Of a DNA stretch of 64,000 nt, positions 39,348 to 51,880 are shown piece by piece; the stretch's first letter is position 1, and each line of letters begins with the position of its first letter. Source of the stretch: Utricularia gibba (taxonomy: Eukaryota; Plantae; Magnoliophyta); NCBI GenBank assembly GCA_002189035.1, contig NEEC01000004.1:868001-932000 (forward strand). The letters run 5' to 3'. The position numbers and the translations under genes are program-made. Under the pieces are notes generated by a model that saw only the letters and a list, made by a program, of their open reading frames with translations, made no database searches and was not told where the DNA came from.

Positions 39348-40076
39348 ATGAAGATGTACGCAGCTTTTTTTCCCCTTATTCAATGTTTGAATGAAGGTTT
39401 TGTGAGTTACTGAAGAGTTTAAATTTTGTTGTGCTGTGTGCTGTAGAATCGAGCAGAATGCTGGTCCTTTGACCAATTTTGAAGTTCTTCATCTTTTGAG
39501 ATCAAGGGGTGCAAGGAAGGATGTTATTCGTATTGTTGATGTAGTTACTCCATCTGAGTTCAAGGTGTTTGAGTATCTAGAGCAGAGTCCTGCGACCACT
39601 CAAACAAGGGAGATGATACAGAAGTTTGTGGAGGTGAGCCAAAAATTCGATCTTTCCAAGGCTGAGATTCTGAACATCATCAACTTGAGGCCTGTATCCG
39701 CTGTTGAACTTTACACGGTAATTCCTTGCAAAGCTTTTGTCTTTAACAATACCCATCCCATATTTTGGCTCTGGGGTTCTTCAAACTGATGTATTTCTTG
39801 TTTTTTGGGCGCTTTTTTTTTTTTTTTTTTTGATGAACTTGCTAAGCCTTACACCGTAAGCGTTTGAAGTGTATGTGTCTTCCCTTTATCAGTTTAGGAT
39901 ATTGATTCTTCACTTGGGGCCGATTAACAGGTTGATGAATCCTTTGAAGCGTTTGTTTACATTTGACTTGGTTGAAACAGATTATCGAGGAATGCGACGA
40001 GCGTATGAAGGATGGAGTTGATGAGCTTTTGGAGATGATCTCCCAGAACCTAGCGCCACCACCTGAGAATGGATGA
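39348..40076 (+). CDS. RPC9: RNA polymerase III subunit RPC9/C17 (Rpb4/HRDC-like family), 3 exons
   Basis: MKI|IEQNAGPLTNFEVLHLLRSRGA...KVFEYL...KFDLSKAEILNIINLRP.S.VELYT|IIEECDERM...DELLEMI. Confidence 0.85.
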
Positions 40077-40903
40077 AGACATTGCCGCTTCTCAGGTTTC
40101 CACAATCTGACCTTTCATGGTAGCTGTTGTTCGTCAGACTTAGAAGACGATGACTTCGACGTGCATTGCGAGGAAAGATGGAAGAGGATAGCAAAATGTG
40201 CTTCTCAAACTGAGCAACAGAACAAACTCCATTGTAAACCTGTGTTCTCTTACGAAGGTTAATACAATGGCTCTTCGGCAACATCGTTCACGCTGCTGAT
40301 TCGCCCTACTTCAACTTTTCCTGCAAACCTTGATGCTAAACATGGGAATGTCGGTTTTCGGTTAATCAGTATTTTCTTTGAAAAATTATGCGAAGTTCAG
40401 CATTTACTATCCCTAAATTCGCGTGGTTGTACGGTTGTGTTAGATTTTGCCCTAATTCTTAAACCCTGCTCTTGGAAACAACAATTAGGAATCCGGGTTT
40501 TATTCTCAAAGAAAAAGGGAATTGGGATTTTTGGGGATCCTGTATTCGAAATTTCGGATTTATGCAATCCGAAAGTCAAAATTTTTCAGAATTAAGAAGT
40601 TTCAGTGGAGTAGATTATATATATATACTTCGAAAATCGGTTCTTTTATGGTTGGGGGTACAGAGTTCATGAAGAGCTAGAAGAAGTGGAAGAAGGACTT
40701 AGTTTTGCCATACTTTGATATCGTCATTCACTGGTAAACGAACCATTCTACTGTCACTGCTAGTAGTTCCCTTGCCATTGAAAAAAGAAAGTTTCAATTT
40801 GCTTCTTTTTATGCCTTTTGATTAGGTATCGGGATGATTTTTAGTGCAAAGAAGTTCCATATCGAGTAAGGAGACAGACGGCGGCGTGCGTTCAAGGGTA
40901 AGC

Positions 40904-43242
40904 ATGGCGGCGTACGTAAGCATGGGGGAAGCTCATCGGCGAATCACAGAATACCTCAATCGTTTTGCGGACGCTGTATCGTTTCAAGACGGGAAATCTC
41001 TCGGGCGGCTACTCTCTTTCTCCTCTGATTCCGCAGTTCTTCTCTCTCTCGCAGACGCCCTCAACACCTTTCAGGTCAGTTTTCTAGTGAGCATTTCAAA
41101 TTGTTGCTGTTTAAGTGATTCTTAATGGCTAGAAGTTTGAGAAATTAGGCTATCCTTTTTTTGTTTGCAAATTAGTGCTGTTAATTTGTTGTCGTTGGAG
41201 CACCAGTTATCTACTTTCGCTTATACGTTGCTTGTGATCTCTTCAGTTAGTTGGCATTTAACCAAGTCTGTTCATACAGGATGCTAACAGGGTTATTAGG
41301 CAAGCAGACAAGTACTCTCAGTATGAGGACATTCTGGTTCCAATCTTTCGTGCCTTGCAGAGTTATCGTCTCAACAATTTGGCAGAGACGTACATTGCCT
41401 TTGAAAAGGCATCCAAGTAAGTCCTTTGAGTGAAAGTTTGCCAGCATTTTAGGATCCTAATGATCGGGGATTATAGTGCTTTTATTCAGGAATTTCGAAA
41501 TTGGGACTCAGCTTGGGCTTTGGAAGCGTTGTATGTGCTTGTGTATGAAATTCGGATTCTAGCAGAGAGGGTGAGGAAAACAATAATATGGTCACTTTAA
41601 AAAGTTTATTTTATTTACTTCTTGCCCTCCAAGAACTGACGATTCTAGAATTTCCATATGAATGATGTTGTTCTTATGCTTGTTTTATGAAGGCTGATGT
41701 AGAATTGGCTTCCATGGGTAAATCCCCAGAAAAATTGAAAGGTGCTGGTTCTTTCCTCATGAAAGTATTTGGAGTGCTTGCAGTAAAAGGACAAAAGCGT
41801 GTTGGAGCTTTATATGTTACGTGCCAACTCTTTAAAATCTACTTTAAGCTGGGGACGATCCATCTATGTCGCAGTGTAATAAGGAGTATTGAAACAGCCA
41901 AAATTTTTGACTTTGAGGAGTTCCCGGTCAGGGACAAAGTCACTTACATGTATTACACTGGCCGTTTGGAAGTCTACAATGAAAACTTCCTAGCTGCAGA
42001 CCAAAAGTTATCTTATGCATTGGCTCATTGTCATTCCAATCGAGAAGAAAATATAAGGTTTTTTTTTTACTGCCTTCTCAAAGATTTGCGTGCTATTTTT
42101 CTGAATTCTGGAAGCAGTTTTCCACTTGAAGGCTTTAGTTTCAGCAAAAATATTGACAAATCAGTTCTCCCCTGCCTTATTAACCACCTATGTTTTTATA
42201 TTTGCGTATAGGATGATCCTAAAATTTCTGATACCAGTCAAGCTCTCAATAGGCATTTTTCCTAAGGCTAATCTACTTGAGAAGTATCATTTAGATGAGG
42301 TATGAGCTGTTTATAGTTAATTTGTTGTGCTGTAACCCATTCTTATATGCAGCCAAAACGAGATATTTGAAATATGCTGTTGCATTGCATTAATTTTTCT
42401 CCCAAGAACTTCTGCCTTGGGCAAATCAATTTGTAATGCCAGTGTGCTTCTGATCTCCCTGTAAATACGTCCTTTTTCACCTGCAGTATAGTAATATTGT
42501 TTTAGCTCTGAAGAGAGGTGATCTTCGTCTTCTAAGACATGCACTTCAGGAGCATGATGACAGGTGCCCAACTCGTGTAACATGTGATTCTATAATCTTA
42601 CCACTGCACATTTTCAAATACTTCTGCACCAGGTTCTTAAGGTCAGGAGTCTACCTTGTTCTTGAGAAGCTGGAACTCCAAGTCTATCGACGACTCGTCA
42701 AGAAAATGTATGCATTCTTCCCCTGTTCTTCCCTTTCTTCAAAAAATGTGGCCTTGAAGAGATGGTTTCCATTTTTTTGACAGCTACATCATCCAAAAGC
42801 AAAAGGACCCAAATAAAGCCCACCAGATTAAGTTGGATGTCATCGTCAAAGCACTGAAGTGGCTTGAATTCGATATGGACATCGATGAGGTACTCCTTTT
42901 TGTCGTTGCATCTTTTCCCTTTGCGTTTGTCATGTGGTCATTCACATACAATGTGAGATTCTCTCGACACTAGTAGATAGAACTGAGGTGTAAAAGATGA
43001 TCAACTGCAAGCCATAGTTTCTGTCAAGTTCAATGCTTTCGCAGATCCTTCAGCTCATCATCATCTTGGCTACACAGCATCCATATCGTCTTCACAGTTC
43101 ATTCATCATGCAGGTGGAGTGCATCATGTCCATTCTCATCTACAAGAACCTCATGAAAGGCTACTTCGCTCACAAGAACAAGGTGGTTGTTCTCAGCAAA
43201 CAGGACCCCTTCCCGAAGCTCGGCGGCCGCCCAGTCGGCTAG
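40904..43242 (+). CDS. EER5: Enhanced ethylene response 5 / PCID2 (THP1) PCI-domain TREX-2 subunit, 9 exons
   Basis: MAAYVSMGEAHRRITEYLNRF...KRVGALYVTCQLFKIYFKLGT...VTYMYYTGRLEVYNE...LELQVYRRL...VECIMSILIYKNLMKGYFAHKNKVVVLSKQDPFPKL. Confidence 0.95.
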
Positions 43243-43922
43243 ACCCAAACGCCGCCGCTGCTCTGGAGTTGGCTTCTCCTCCCGGAACTTGCGCGACTAC
43301 AGATCGGTATCAGACAAACACGTGTTACCGTATTTTGCTGTCTTAAACAGATTTTTAATTATAAATTGTGTCTTAAATTCAAACTGGATTAGGACATAAA
43401 TAGATAGATTGATTGTGGGACCCTTCCATGTGAGGGTTTTCCAGCTTGTCTTGCCGCATTCTCCCACCTCCATTCCTTCTCCATATCACATGACCTGTTG
43501 CTGCCTGCCTAAAATCATGGAGTTAGATTCCGTTCAATCTAAATTGATAAGTAAATCGGAAAATGGATAAGATAATATTTTTTAAAAATATTTTAAAGAT
43601 ATAATTAAAAATTATAAAAAGAGTTCAAACTCGAATTTATGATTAAATCAAAGAATAGAATTATTATACATTTGGTCGTATTTTCCATAATAAAAATAAT
43701 GACGGGTAATATGTATTTATCATATTTGGGGTCCACTCTTCCCATATCGAGACACGCGTAGTTTGATTTTGTTTTTTTTTTTTTTTGAAGTTTAAAATGT
43801 ATTAATTATGGGAAATGGAAAAAATGTATATTTCAGAAGCTAATTGAACTAAAAAGAGCTACAAATATGTCGATTTATATGAATTTTATTTATATATTTT
43901 TTCGGGTTTTTTTGATATTTTT

Positions 43923-44239
43923 CTAAGGCATGAAGAGGTTGTCTTTACACTTGCATCTCCAGGCTTCAGGGTAGTACTCGGTCGGGGTAGACATCCCCGG
44001 CTGGACCGGTACGTGCACCGCCACACACGGCCAGCACCCGCCGCATTTAGATCTGCACGACGGCGGCCACGACCCCAGCCCCATTCTCCTCGCCCCGTAA
44101 CCTGAACGATTCACAAAAGAGAACAACACATGAAGGCAGGGGTTCCGAGGATACGACTCCGAGAGAGATGGTACTTACCATCAAGCCCCATAGCTGAAAC
44201 ACAGAGCAGTATCAGAACTCCAAGAGAGAGCACCCTCAT
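43923..44239 (-). CDS. EPFL: EPIDERMAL PATTERNING FACTOR-like secreted peptide (EPFL4/5/6 clade), 2 exons, 79 aa
   Basis: A signal-peptide exon (MRVLSLGVLILLCVSAMGLD, 44239-44179) and a 77-nt GT-AG intron precede GSWPPSCRSKCGGCWPCVAVHVPVQPG...EYYPEAWRCKCKDNLFMP*, which has six Cys. Confidence 0.92.
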
Positions 44240-45862
44240 ATCCCGTGAAGCTGAAACAAGCACAAAACTTGCAACGAGAAGGAGGAGGAGGAGAAGAAGA
44301 AGAAGGAGGAGGAGGAGAGGGCAGGGGAGTGTGTGTTATTGCGAGTGAACATGCCATTGAGAAAAAGACTCCCGTTTTTATTTGTGTCCAAAAATGATTT
44401 TTCAGTTGCCATTTACATCATCCCTCAAGATACTGATAACCCAATGGCATTTCGAATGTTGAGTTAATTTGATTCTGTTTGTTTAATAACTAGAGGAAGA
44501 CTAGGGTGGTAAGTGGAGGACACTGTTGCTAAGGAGAGACAAGGGGAAGGGGGCAATGGCCTTCCCCAGAAATGTGAAGGTGCAGACAGAGGGTCAAGAT
44601 AAGGGAGAAAAACAAATGTTGGATTGGTCTGTGTGTTGATGTCAAGACCCGGAAGAGAGGGCCCCATATACTGCTCTGCAACACTCAGAATTGATTGATT
44701 TGTATGTGCAGGTGGAAATGGAGGTTACTATCCCATCCCCCATGCCCCTATGGTGGAGCAGGAGCACACTGTTCAGAGACTCACAAAGCACTTCAACTTA
44801 AACCCTCCTCCATTTCTCCTTGTAGCTCAAAAAGTAAACTTTCAACAGGCATTCATACGGTAGCAGTCTGATAAGGTGACAATGCCACTACCCGTATCGT
44901 GTTGATTGAGGTTGTGGGGGTGGCTAGGATTACTGGGATTGCCAACGAACTTTCTTGGGGCTGAGCTGCTGCGGTAAAATTTGTGTTACCGTCAGGGGGG
45001 GGAGCGGGTAAAATTTTCAAGAAGGTAGCTATCTGTCAACGTCGCCAATAAACTATGCACTGAAAATGAAAAACAAGGGACCATCGGAGGGAGTTGGGGA
45101 ATGCTAACTGCTTCCCAGGAAAGCCCCCGTATGCATAAATGTGCACTACTCCCTTTCAAACACATGCTCAAAAGGGCAGCAGAATGCAGACTGGATTAAG
45201 TTGTCTTCATAATCTTAATTTGTAAATCCTACTGGATCTGTTGCCGGGGGTTTGGCATTAAAAGAGGGGGAAACCTCGGCCCATGCTCGAGGGTGGTGGC
45301 GTTTCATGTTTCACTGGTTTGTCGAATCACTCGTTTCGCCTCGTCACTTTCCTCCCTCGCCTTTCCCGTCTTTTCAATTCATCCCTTTGCTTTTCCTGCT
45401 CTTTCTTTTGTTTTACATGATCCATCCAGCGGACTTCGAATTCCTCTTTATTCTTCATTCCGACAATGACGAACATCCACAACAAATCGTACAAAAGACT
45501 TGGAAAAACATGAAGTGGGAACGAAGAATTAACTCTGCTTCAGATACTCAGCAACGGCATTGAGAAGTGTGGCTAAACCAGATAGATACATGGAGACGAC
45601 AGTGATGCTTTGGAACATGAAAAGGAGGAAGATGGGATAAGAATGGATGCTCCGGCTGTGGGCTCGGGATGCCCAAACCAAGAGCCCACTGAACGAAAGC
45701 CTTCTTTTTTTAGTCTCTCTGTCCAAAACAATATGGAAAGCTGAGAGAGAGAAGGGCACAACCGCCAAATGAGGGATTCTTGTCTATATATGAGTTTCAA
45801 ACTGCCAATTGAAAAAGATTGTTGCATCGCGCTCGCTCCAGTTTTCTGAGAATCGAAGAAAA

Positions 45863-47253
45863 ATGTTGGCAGTTCTCCAGAAATCCGTTGCCAAAACCCC
45901 GGATGCGCTGATCCAGAGCGCGCAGAATGATGATGTTTCTGTTTCGGCTCTCAAGGATGGATTCCTCGCGGCCCATTTTTCATCTTCGCGCCCTGGCTCC
46001 GTCGTCGTCAACATCCCTCATCGGGTTTCATTGCTTACTCTTCTGATGCTCAGAGACCCCTTTTCCCAAGGTCTGTGTTATGATCTTTTCACGATTCTGT
46101 TCGATTTCGATGTTTTTTTTACATGATTCCACGATCATGTGTTGTCTGTTGTAAAGATCTCGTGATTCGTCTTCTTTCCTAAGTGCCCACATCGTATGCT
46201 CCTCACAGGAGCATCCTTTGGTTCAAAAGTTTTGATTGGTAAATTTACATCGTATGTTCCTGACAGGAGCATCCTTTGGTTCGAAAGATTTGATTTGGTA
46301 AATGGTGCGATCTAGATCTGAGTATTGAGGATTCTTTGATCTTGGTCCTCCTCCTATTAAATTATGTTTACCTATGTACGCTGTTGGGTCGTTCGTAGGC
46401 ATTGTTATGGCGTAAAGGTAGGATTTTTAATTCTCGTGGTCATCGAAAAATCGGCTTCCCTTGTGCAACTACTTATGTTTTATGACAAGGTTTGCTTTTA
46501 TCTTGTTGATCAACATTTTTCCTTCTTATTTGACTTCGTTATCAGGCTGTTTGGCGTGTTGGATGACATATTCTGCGTGTTTGAAGGCCACATTGAAAAT
46601 GTAGCACCACTTAAGCAGCAGTATGGTTTAAGCAAGACAGCAAACGAGGTGAACATCATCATCGAGGCTTACAGGACATTGCGGGATAGAGGCCCTTATC
46701 CTGCTTCCCAAGTCGTGAGGGATATCGAAGGGAAGTTCGCATTTATCCTCTTTGATTTTACCTCAAAGGCAACCTTTGTGGCCTCCGTGAGTAATTCTTC
46801 TGTAACTCTCCTCCGTTTACAGCTTGTAGTTCTTCTTACCTCAAAGGCGCTTTCTCCCAGGATGCAGATGGAAATGCACCTTTTTTCTGGGGAACTGATG
46901 GTGAGGGTAACCTTGTCGTTTCCAGCGAGGCTGAAGTAGTGAAGAAATGCTGTGGAAAGTCCTTCGCACCCTTTCCAAAAGGTGGTATACAAACAGACAT
47001 TCAGAAGTTCAAGTGCCCAAAGGTGTTTCACAAGATAACAAAGTTTCACATGTTTCCTTCAGGGTGCTTCTTCACATCATCTGGAGGTTTGCAGAGCTAC
47101 GAGCATCCCGTGAATGAAATGAAGGCAGTCCCAAGAGTGGACAGTTCAGGGGAGGTCTGCGGAATGACTTTCAAGGTCGACGTGGATTCTCGCAAGGGAA
47201 GCGTTGGAATGCCTAGAGTTGGTAGTGACGCAAATTGGTCTGGGAAGTTCTGA
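45863..47253 (+). CDS. Stem-specific protein TSJT1 / AILP1 (Wali7, Ntn-hydrolase-like, DUF3700), 4 exons; apparent -1 frameshift at about 46016
   Basis: MLAVLQKSVAKTP..., LFGVLDDIFCVFEGHIEN, IIEAYRTLRDRGPYP, GKFAFILFD, CGKSFAPFPKGCFFTSSGGLQSYEHP, PRVDSSGEVCG. Confidence 0.92.
46189..46303. repeat. Two 58-bp tandem units in intron 1, each containing an 8-bp stem-loop
   Basis: ACATCGTATG(C/T)TCCT(C/G)ACAGGAGCATCCTTTGGTTC.AAAG.TTTGATT.GGTAAAT starts at 46189 and 46247. Confidence 0.88.
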
Positions 47254-48190
47254 TCGCCAATGGCCATCAGCAACAAACAAGATGACTTCACCTACCTCTT
47301 ACTACCCATCTCCCTTCTAAATCCCACCATGAATGCCAGGTATCCTCCCTCCCTTGTAACCCCAACTTACTAAATGAACCCTTCTCTAGCCGTCGTGGCT
47401 GGAATAATGGCTTGCCTTTGCCACTGTTAGCACTAGGTGCAAGTGCAAAAACCTGCACTTACTGTTCTTCTCAGCTAAATAAGTGGATTTAGCGTATTCC
47501 CATGCAGCATGAACATGAATATCTTGTTGTATTTTAGCTTTCAACAACCGTAGACAGAGGCAGTGTAGTGCCAAGCAACCATTCTCTGCAATTCCAGTCA
47601 AAATGACTGCTGGTAGTTGAACACAATCCTGAGAAGGGAGAGTTCAGCTGAAAAATGTCTTTCAGAGTATGTTGAGCAAAATGACAGAGGATCTCCACAT
47701 GGGCCATGCCAGAATTTGAACAGAAGCCATGGAAGGGTTTCGAAATCCACCTACAGCACATAAAATGCAGTGTGCTTGAGCATTCTTGAAAATTGAATCC
47801 ACCTTCAGCTCTTCCCAGAAAAGCAAGCCAACCCGGTTCAGGCCCACCCCGCTCCTCGTGGTCCTATCCCCTTGGACCTAATCCGGGCGCCATGAGCAGT
47901 GTGCAGGATCGAGGTTGGGGATGGCCGGCCCTCCAGTCCACTCCCCAGCCATCACGCTACCTGCCAAAGTAGCTCCCTGTATCGACACAGCAGCGCAACG
48001 TTTTTCCCTTGTGGAAGGAAGGATACGGCTCGCTCCTCCTCTTCGTGGGCCTCATCCAACCGCATCTTGTCTGCGAGCACCAACAACTTTCCCTATTTTC
48101 TTTATTCTGATGCGAAACAGTAACCATGGCGTCACCCCCACTTTTATAATCATTCTTTGAATTGATGGCACACGCCCAACAACTCTCACA

Positions 48191-48210
48191 CCCCCCCCCC
48201 CCCCCCCCCC
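48191..48210. repeat. Poly-C tract (C20)
   Basis: Directly visible; the length may be unreliable in this assembly. Confidence 0.85.
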
Positions 48211-49956
48211 ACTATCAACATAATCTCACCATCTCCGAAACAATTCAGATTTGATCCAAAAATTTCATGCACAAACTGCTAATGGATACCGAATGGTCAA
48301 GATCTTGAAACTTCTAATCAATCACTAAATAACGAGCTTTTTCAAATCATAATCCTTAAAATCTATCATTTCTATGGATCATTTAGAAAAATGACAATCG
48401 TAAATTTCTCTCATATATACTAAGATTAAAATTTTACACATATGATGATCACTTTTATTATACACTAAAAATAAAATGATCTTATTTCTAATGCACCCCA
48501 TTTCTATTGTGCCATAATTTGAAGATGGGTTCTTTTACTTTTTTGCATTAAAATTTTTTTAATATTTGAATGTCTTATCCTATTATGATTTCATGTCTTA
48601 AATCATGCCCCTTGGATGGATGCGCATGATGCATCTCCCGGGCCCGCTGGAGGATTATCATCTATCTCACTTGCAATATTTATCAGGATTTTTAAATTAT
48701 TGCTCATTTGTCATTTTCCTATTGGTCCATTTGAAACCACGCATATGATGAAATAATGGTGACAAAATATCTTTTTTGGTTGAGAGCGATGTCTAGGACA
48801 TGTTACATGGTTTTTTTTAGTTTTATTACATTAAACTAATAATAATAAAATTTTATCCAGGGGTATCTTTCTTTTAATAATAAATTAATAAAAGTAACGC
48901 CCATTTATTTTTTCTGAGGCTTGGGAGTTAATAATTGCACCTGCATTTTGAATTTAAGGCTTTTATTGTCGCTAAATGGCTGACAGTAAATAACTCCCAT
49001 TAACTTTTACCGATATCATTTTCTTCAGAAAAAAAGAAAAAAAATTTGCGCGAATCGGGAAAGGCCTTGGACCTACTTTTGAGGATCGCCAACCGTTGGA
49101 TCATAAAAGCTCATGCCTGCGCCGTACGATGACATAATTGATCCGGGATCAGCATGGCGTAAAGATGAAACGAAATTATTCAACTGGGAACCCTAAATTA
49201 GGGAGGGGAATTTTCAATTTCCGGTTTGTCTGCTCCGGACGCCAACACCTGGGGCACAACTGGAGGAGGAGAGGAAACCCTAATTGTTTTATTTTATTTA
49301 TTACATTATCACCCTTTTCTTTTCTTTTTTTTAATAAATAATATATTATTATTTTAATTGATTGATGTGGGGAGCGGCATAGGCACAAGGTCAAAGACGA
49401 TGTTAGATTGGAAAGTTAGCATAGTGGTTGCGGATGCGTTAGGGCATGTGTGGACCATAGGGTTTAATTATTTTGTCAAGAAATGGTTCAACAGAATTAG
49501 GTGCATTTTGCTTCATCAATTATGTGTCTCTGCTCCCAACACACCCATCCTCCAAATTCAACCCATACCAATTGTTAAGGTATCTCATATTGGTTATGAA
49601 CGAATGAAAAAGCGTTTTTAAATATAGGAATTTTCATAATCTTATATAAATTATTTTATACTGAATGTATGTTATTCAATTTTTATATTTTGGATTTTTT
49701 AATTATTATTATTCTCAATTTATAAGATTACTATGTGATAAAAAAATATGTTTATTAATAATAATAGGTGATGGAGATAAAATGAAAGAATAATTATTAT
49801 TATTTTCTTATAAAAATTACCGAATAACATTGATGTGTGTGCCGTATAAAGTATTTGTCTGATTTTACCAACTTTTAAATGTGTGTGACGAAATAAGAGG
49901 AGGAGATAAATATGTGTTTTTGGATAAATAAATAATCAGGAAATATGTGACTTGTC

Positions 49957-49989
49957 CACGTGGCACATTCACGTGAAGCTGCTATATAA
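49957..49989 (+). promoter_or_regulatory. Two G-boxes and a TATA box upstream of the DUF506 gene
   Basis: CACGTG at 49957-49962 and 49970-49975; TATATAA at 49983-49989. Confidence 0.65.
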
Positions 49990-50479
49990 GATCCCTCTGC
50001 TCACTTCGTCTTCACAGAAACCCAAACTCGATCCACTGAAAAAAATACTTTAAAAAACAAAGCATACAAAGGAGGAGAATTGCAGAGGACGGTAGCTTGC
50101 AGGAAAGATATATCTAACCGTCGTTGATGGGTTTCACCGGGGAGGGAATATTCCGGCGTGTTCTTAGGTGGTTTCTCTGAACCACGTACACACAATGTTC
50201 GTGTTTCCTTCCATCATCGTCACGTTTTTTTTCCCAACAGCTGTGATGGAAAGCTACGGCTTTCGTGTGGCTTTCTTCACTCCGTGATTTTCTTCTATTG
50301 TTTTTGCGTTTCTTGTTTCTCTCGGGAGTTAATTTGATTCTCCGGTGTTGCTATCTCTTTGAGATGATGGCGATCGGAGGGTTGGGCTGTTGAATTAGCG
50401 CCTGCTTCAGTTGTTCTCTGCATCCTATCTCTTGAATTGGGGGTTTCTTAGAGTTTTTAGGGTTGGGGATTTGGGGAAT

Positions 50480-51880
50480 ATGCCTTTTGCGACGAGGGTT
50501 CAGCCGGTTGATTGGATCCAAGGGGAAGCTGTAAAGCCCTTGGTGCTAAAATCGCGTCTGAAGCGGCTGTTTGACAGACCCTTCAATGGCGTTTTGAAGA
50601 TCTCCGCAGCCGATAAGCCACCGGCCTCCGGAGGGGAAAAGGAGGCTGTCGCTGCGGTGACAACGTCGGCTGAGTTTGAGCCGAGCTCTGTCTGTCTGGA
50701 CAGGATGGTTCGAAATTTCATTGAAGATGGAAACGAGAAGCAATCTGCGGTTCCGTCTGCGAAATGTGGCCGGAGTCGGTGCAATTGCTTTCACGGTAAC
50801 AGCAACGACACCTCCGACGACGAGCTCGATTTTTTCTCCGACTCCTTATCAGCTAATTCTTCCTTCAGTGACCCTTCAGATACTCTCAAGGTACTGATAT
50901 TTTTTCCCTTTCCCTATGATTGCTGGTTCCTCTGTACGGAACCTCAGTTCATTTTCTTTTTTCTTATGGTCCCTTCTGCATCTTTTTTTCTTTTTTTTTT
51001 TTTGAAATTCTTCCTTTCCCCTGTAGAGCTTGATTCCTTGTGTGAGTTTGGTTGAAAGAAATCTGCTTGCTGATACTTCGAAAATCGTCGAGAAGAACAA
51101 CAAAACTTGCAAATCAAGAGATGAATTGAGAAAACTTGTCATCGATGGGCTTATTGCTCTTGGCTATGACGCCTCTGTTTGCAGATCTAAATGGGAGAAA
51201 TCCCCCTCCGTTCCCGCTGGTATATATCCCAAGATCTCATCTTTTTAGTTCCAATGAAAATTTCTGATCTGTTTGTCAACACAGAATCTGAAAGTGCATT
51301 GTTGAAGATCTGATGTTCCTTTTTTTTTTTTTTTGTTTCAGGTGAATACGAATACATAGATGTGGTAATCAAGGGTGAAAGACTGATAATCGACATCGAT
51401 TTCCGATCGGAGTTCGAAATCGCCCGATCAACAAGCAGCTACAAGGCGATCTTGCAAATTCTGCCACAAGTGTTCGTTGGAAAACCAGATCGCCTCCTCC
51501 AAATCATCTTCGTCGCGACGGAGGCGGCGCGGCTGAGTCTCAAGAAAAAAGGGATGCACGTCGCGCCGTGGCGTAAACCGGATTATGTTAAATCTAAGTG
51601 GCTCGGCCCCCACACTCGCCTCATCCAGATAAAATCAGGCGACCCCGAAACCATCGAGACCCAGGATTCCGATTCCGATTCCGATTCCGAATTCGGAGAG
51701 CTGAATTTAATTTTCTCCGAGGAACCCAAGTCTCCGGAAAAGGAAACGGAGCCGGCTTCAACCCCATGGCAACTCCCGGCGGTGAAGACTAATAGCTTGG
51801 AGAGGGGGAATAAGACGGTGATTACTGGCCTAGCTTCACTCCTCAATGAAAGGCAACAAGAGAAACCACAAAAGGGTTAA
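50480..51880 (+). CDS. DUF506 (PDDEXK-like plant) family protein, 3 exons
   Basis: MPFATRVQPVD...EFEPSSVCLDRMVRNFIE...CNCFHG...LGYDASVCRSKW...PAGEYEYIDV...ERLIIDIDFRSEFEIARST...MHVAPWRK..Y...KWL. Confidence 0.93.

Noticed and set aside
47969-47985. miR160-like sequence (GCTCCCTGTAT)
   Set aside because: Only 11 of 21 nt match and there is no complementary star arm.
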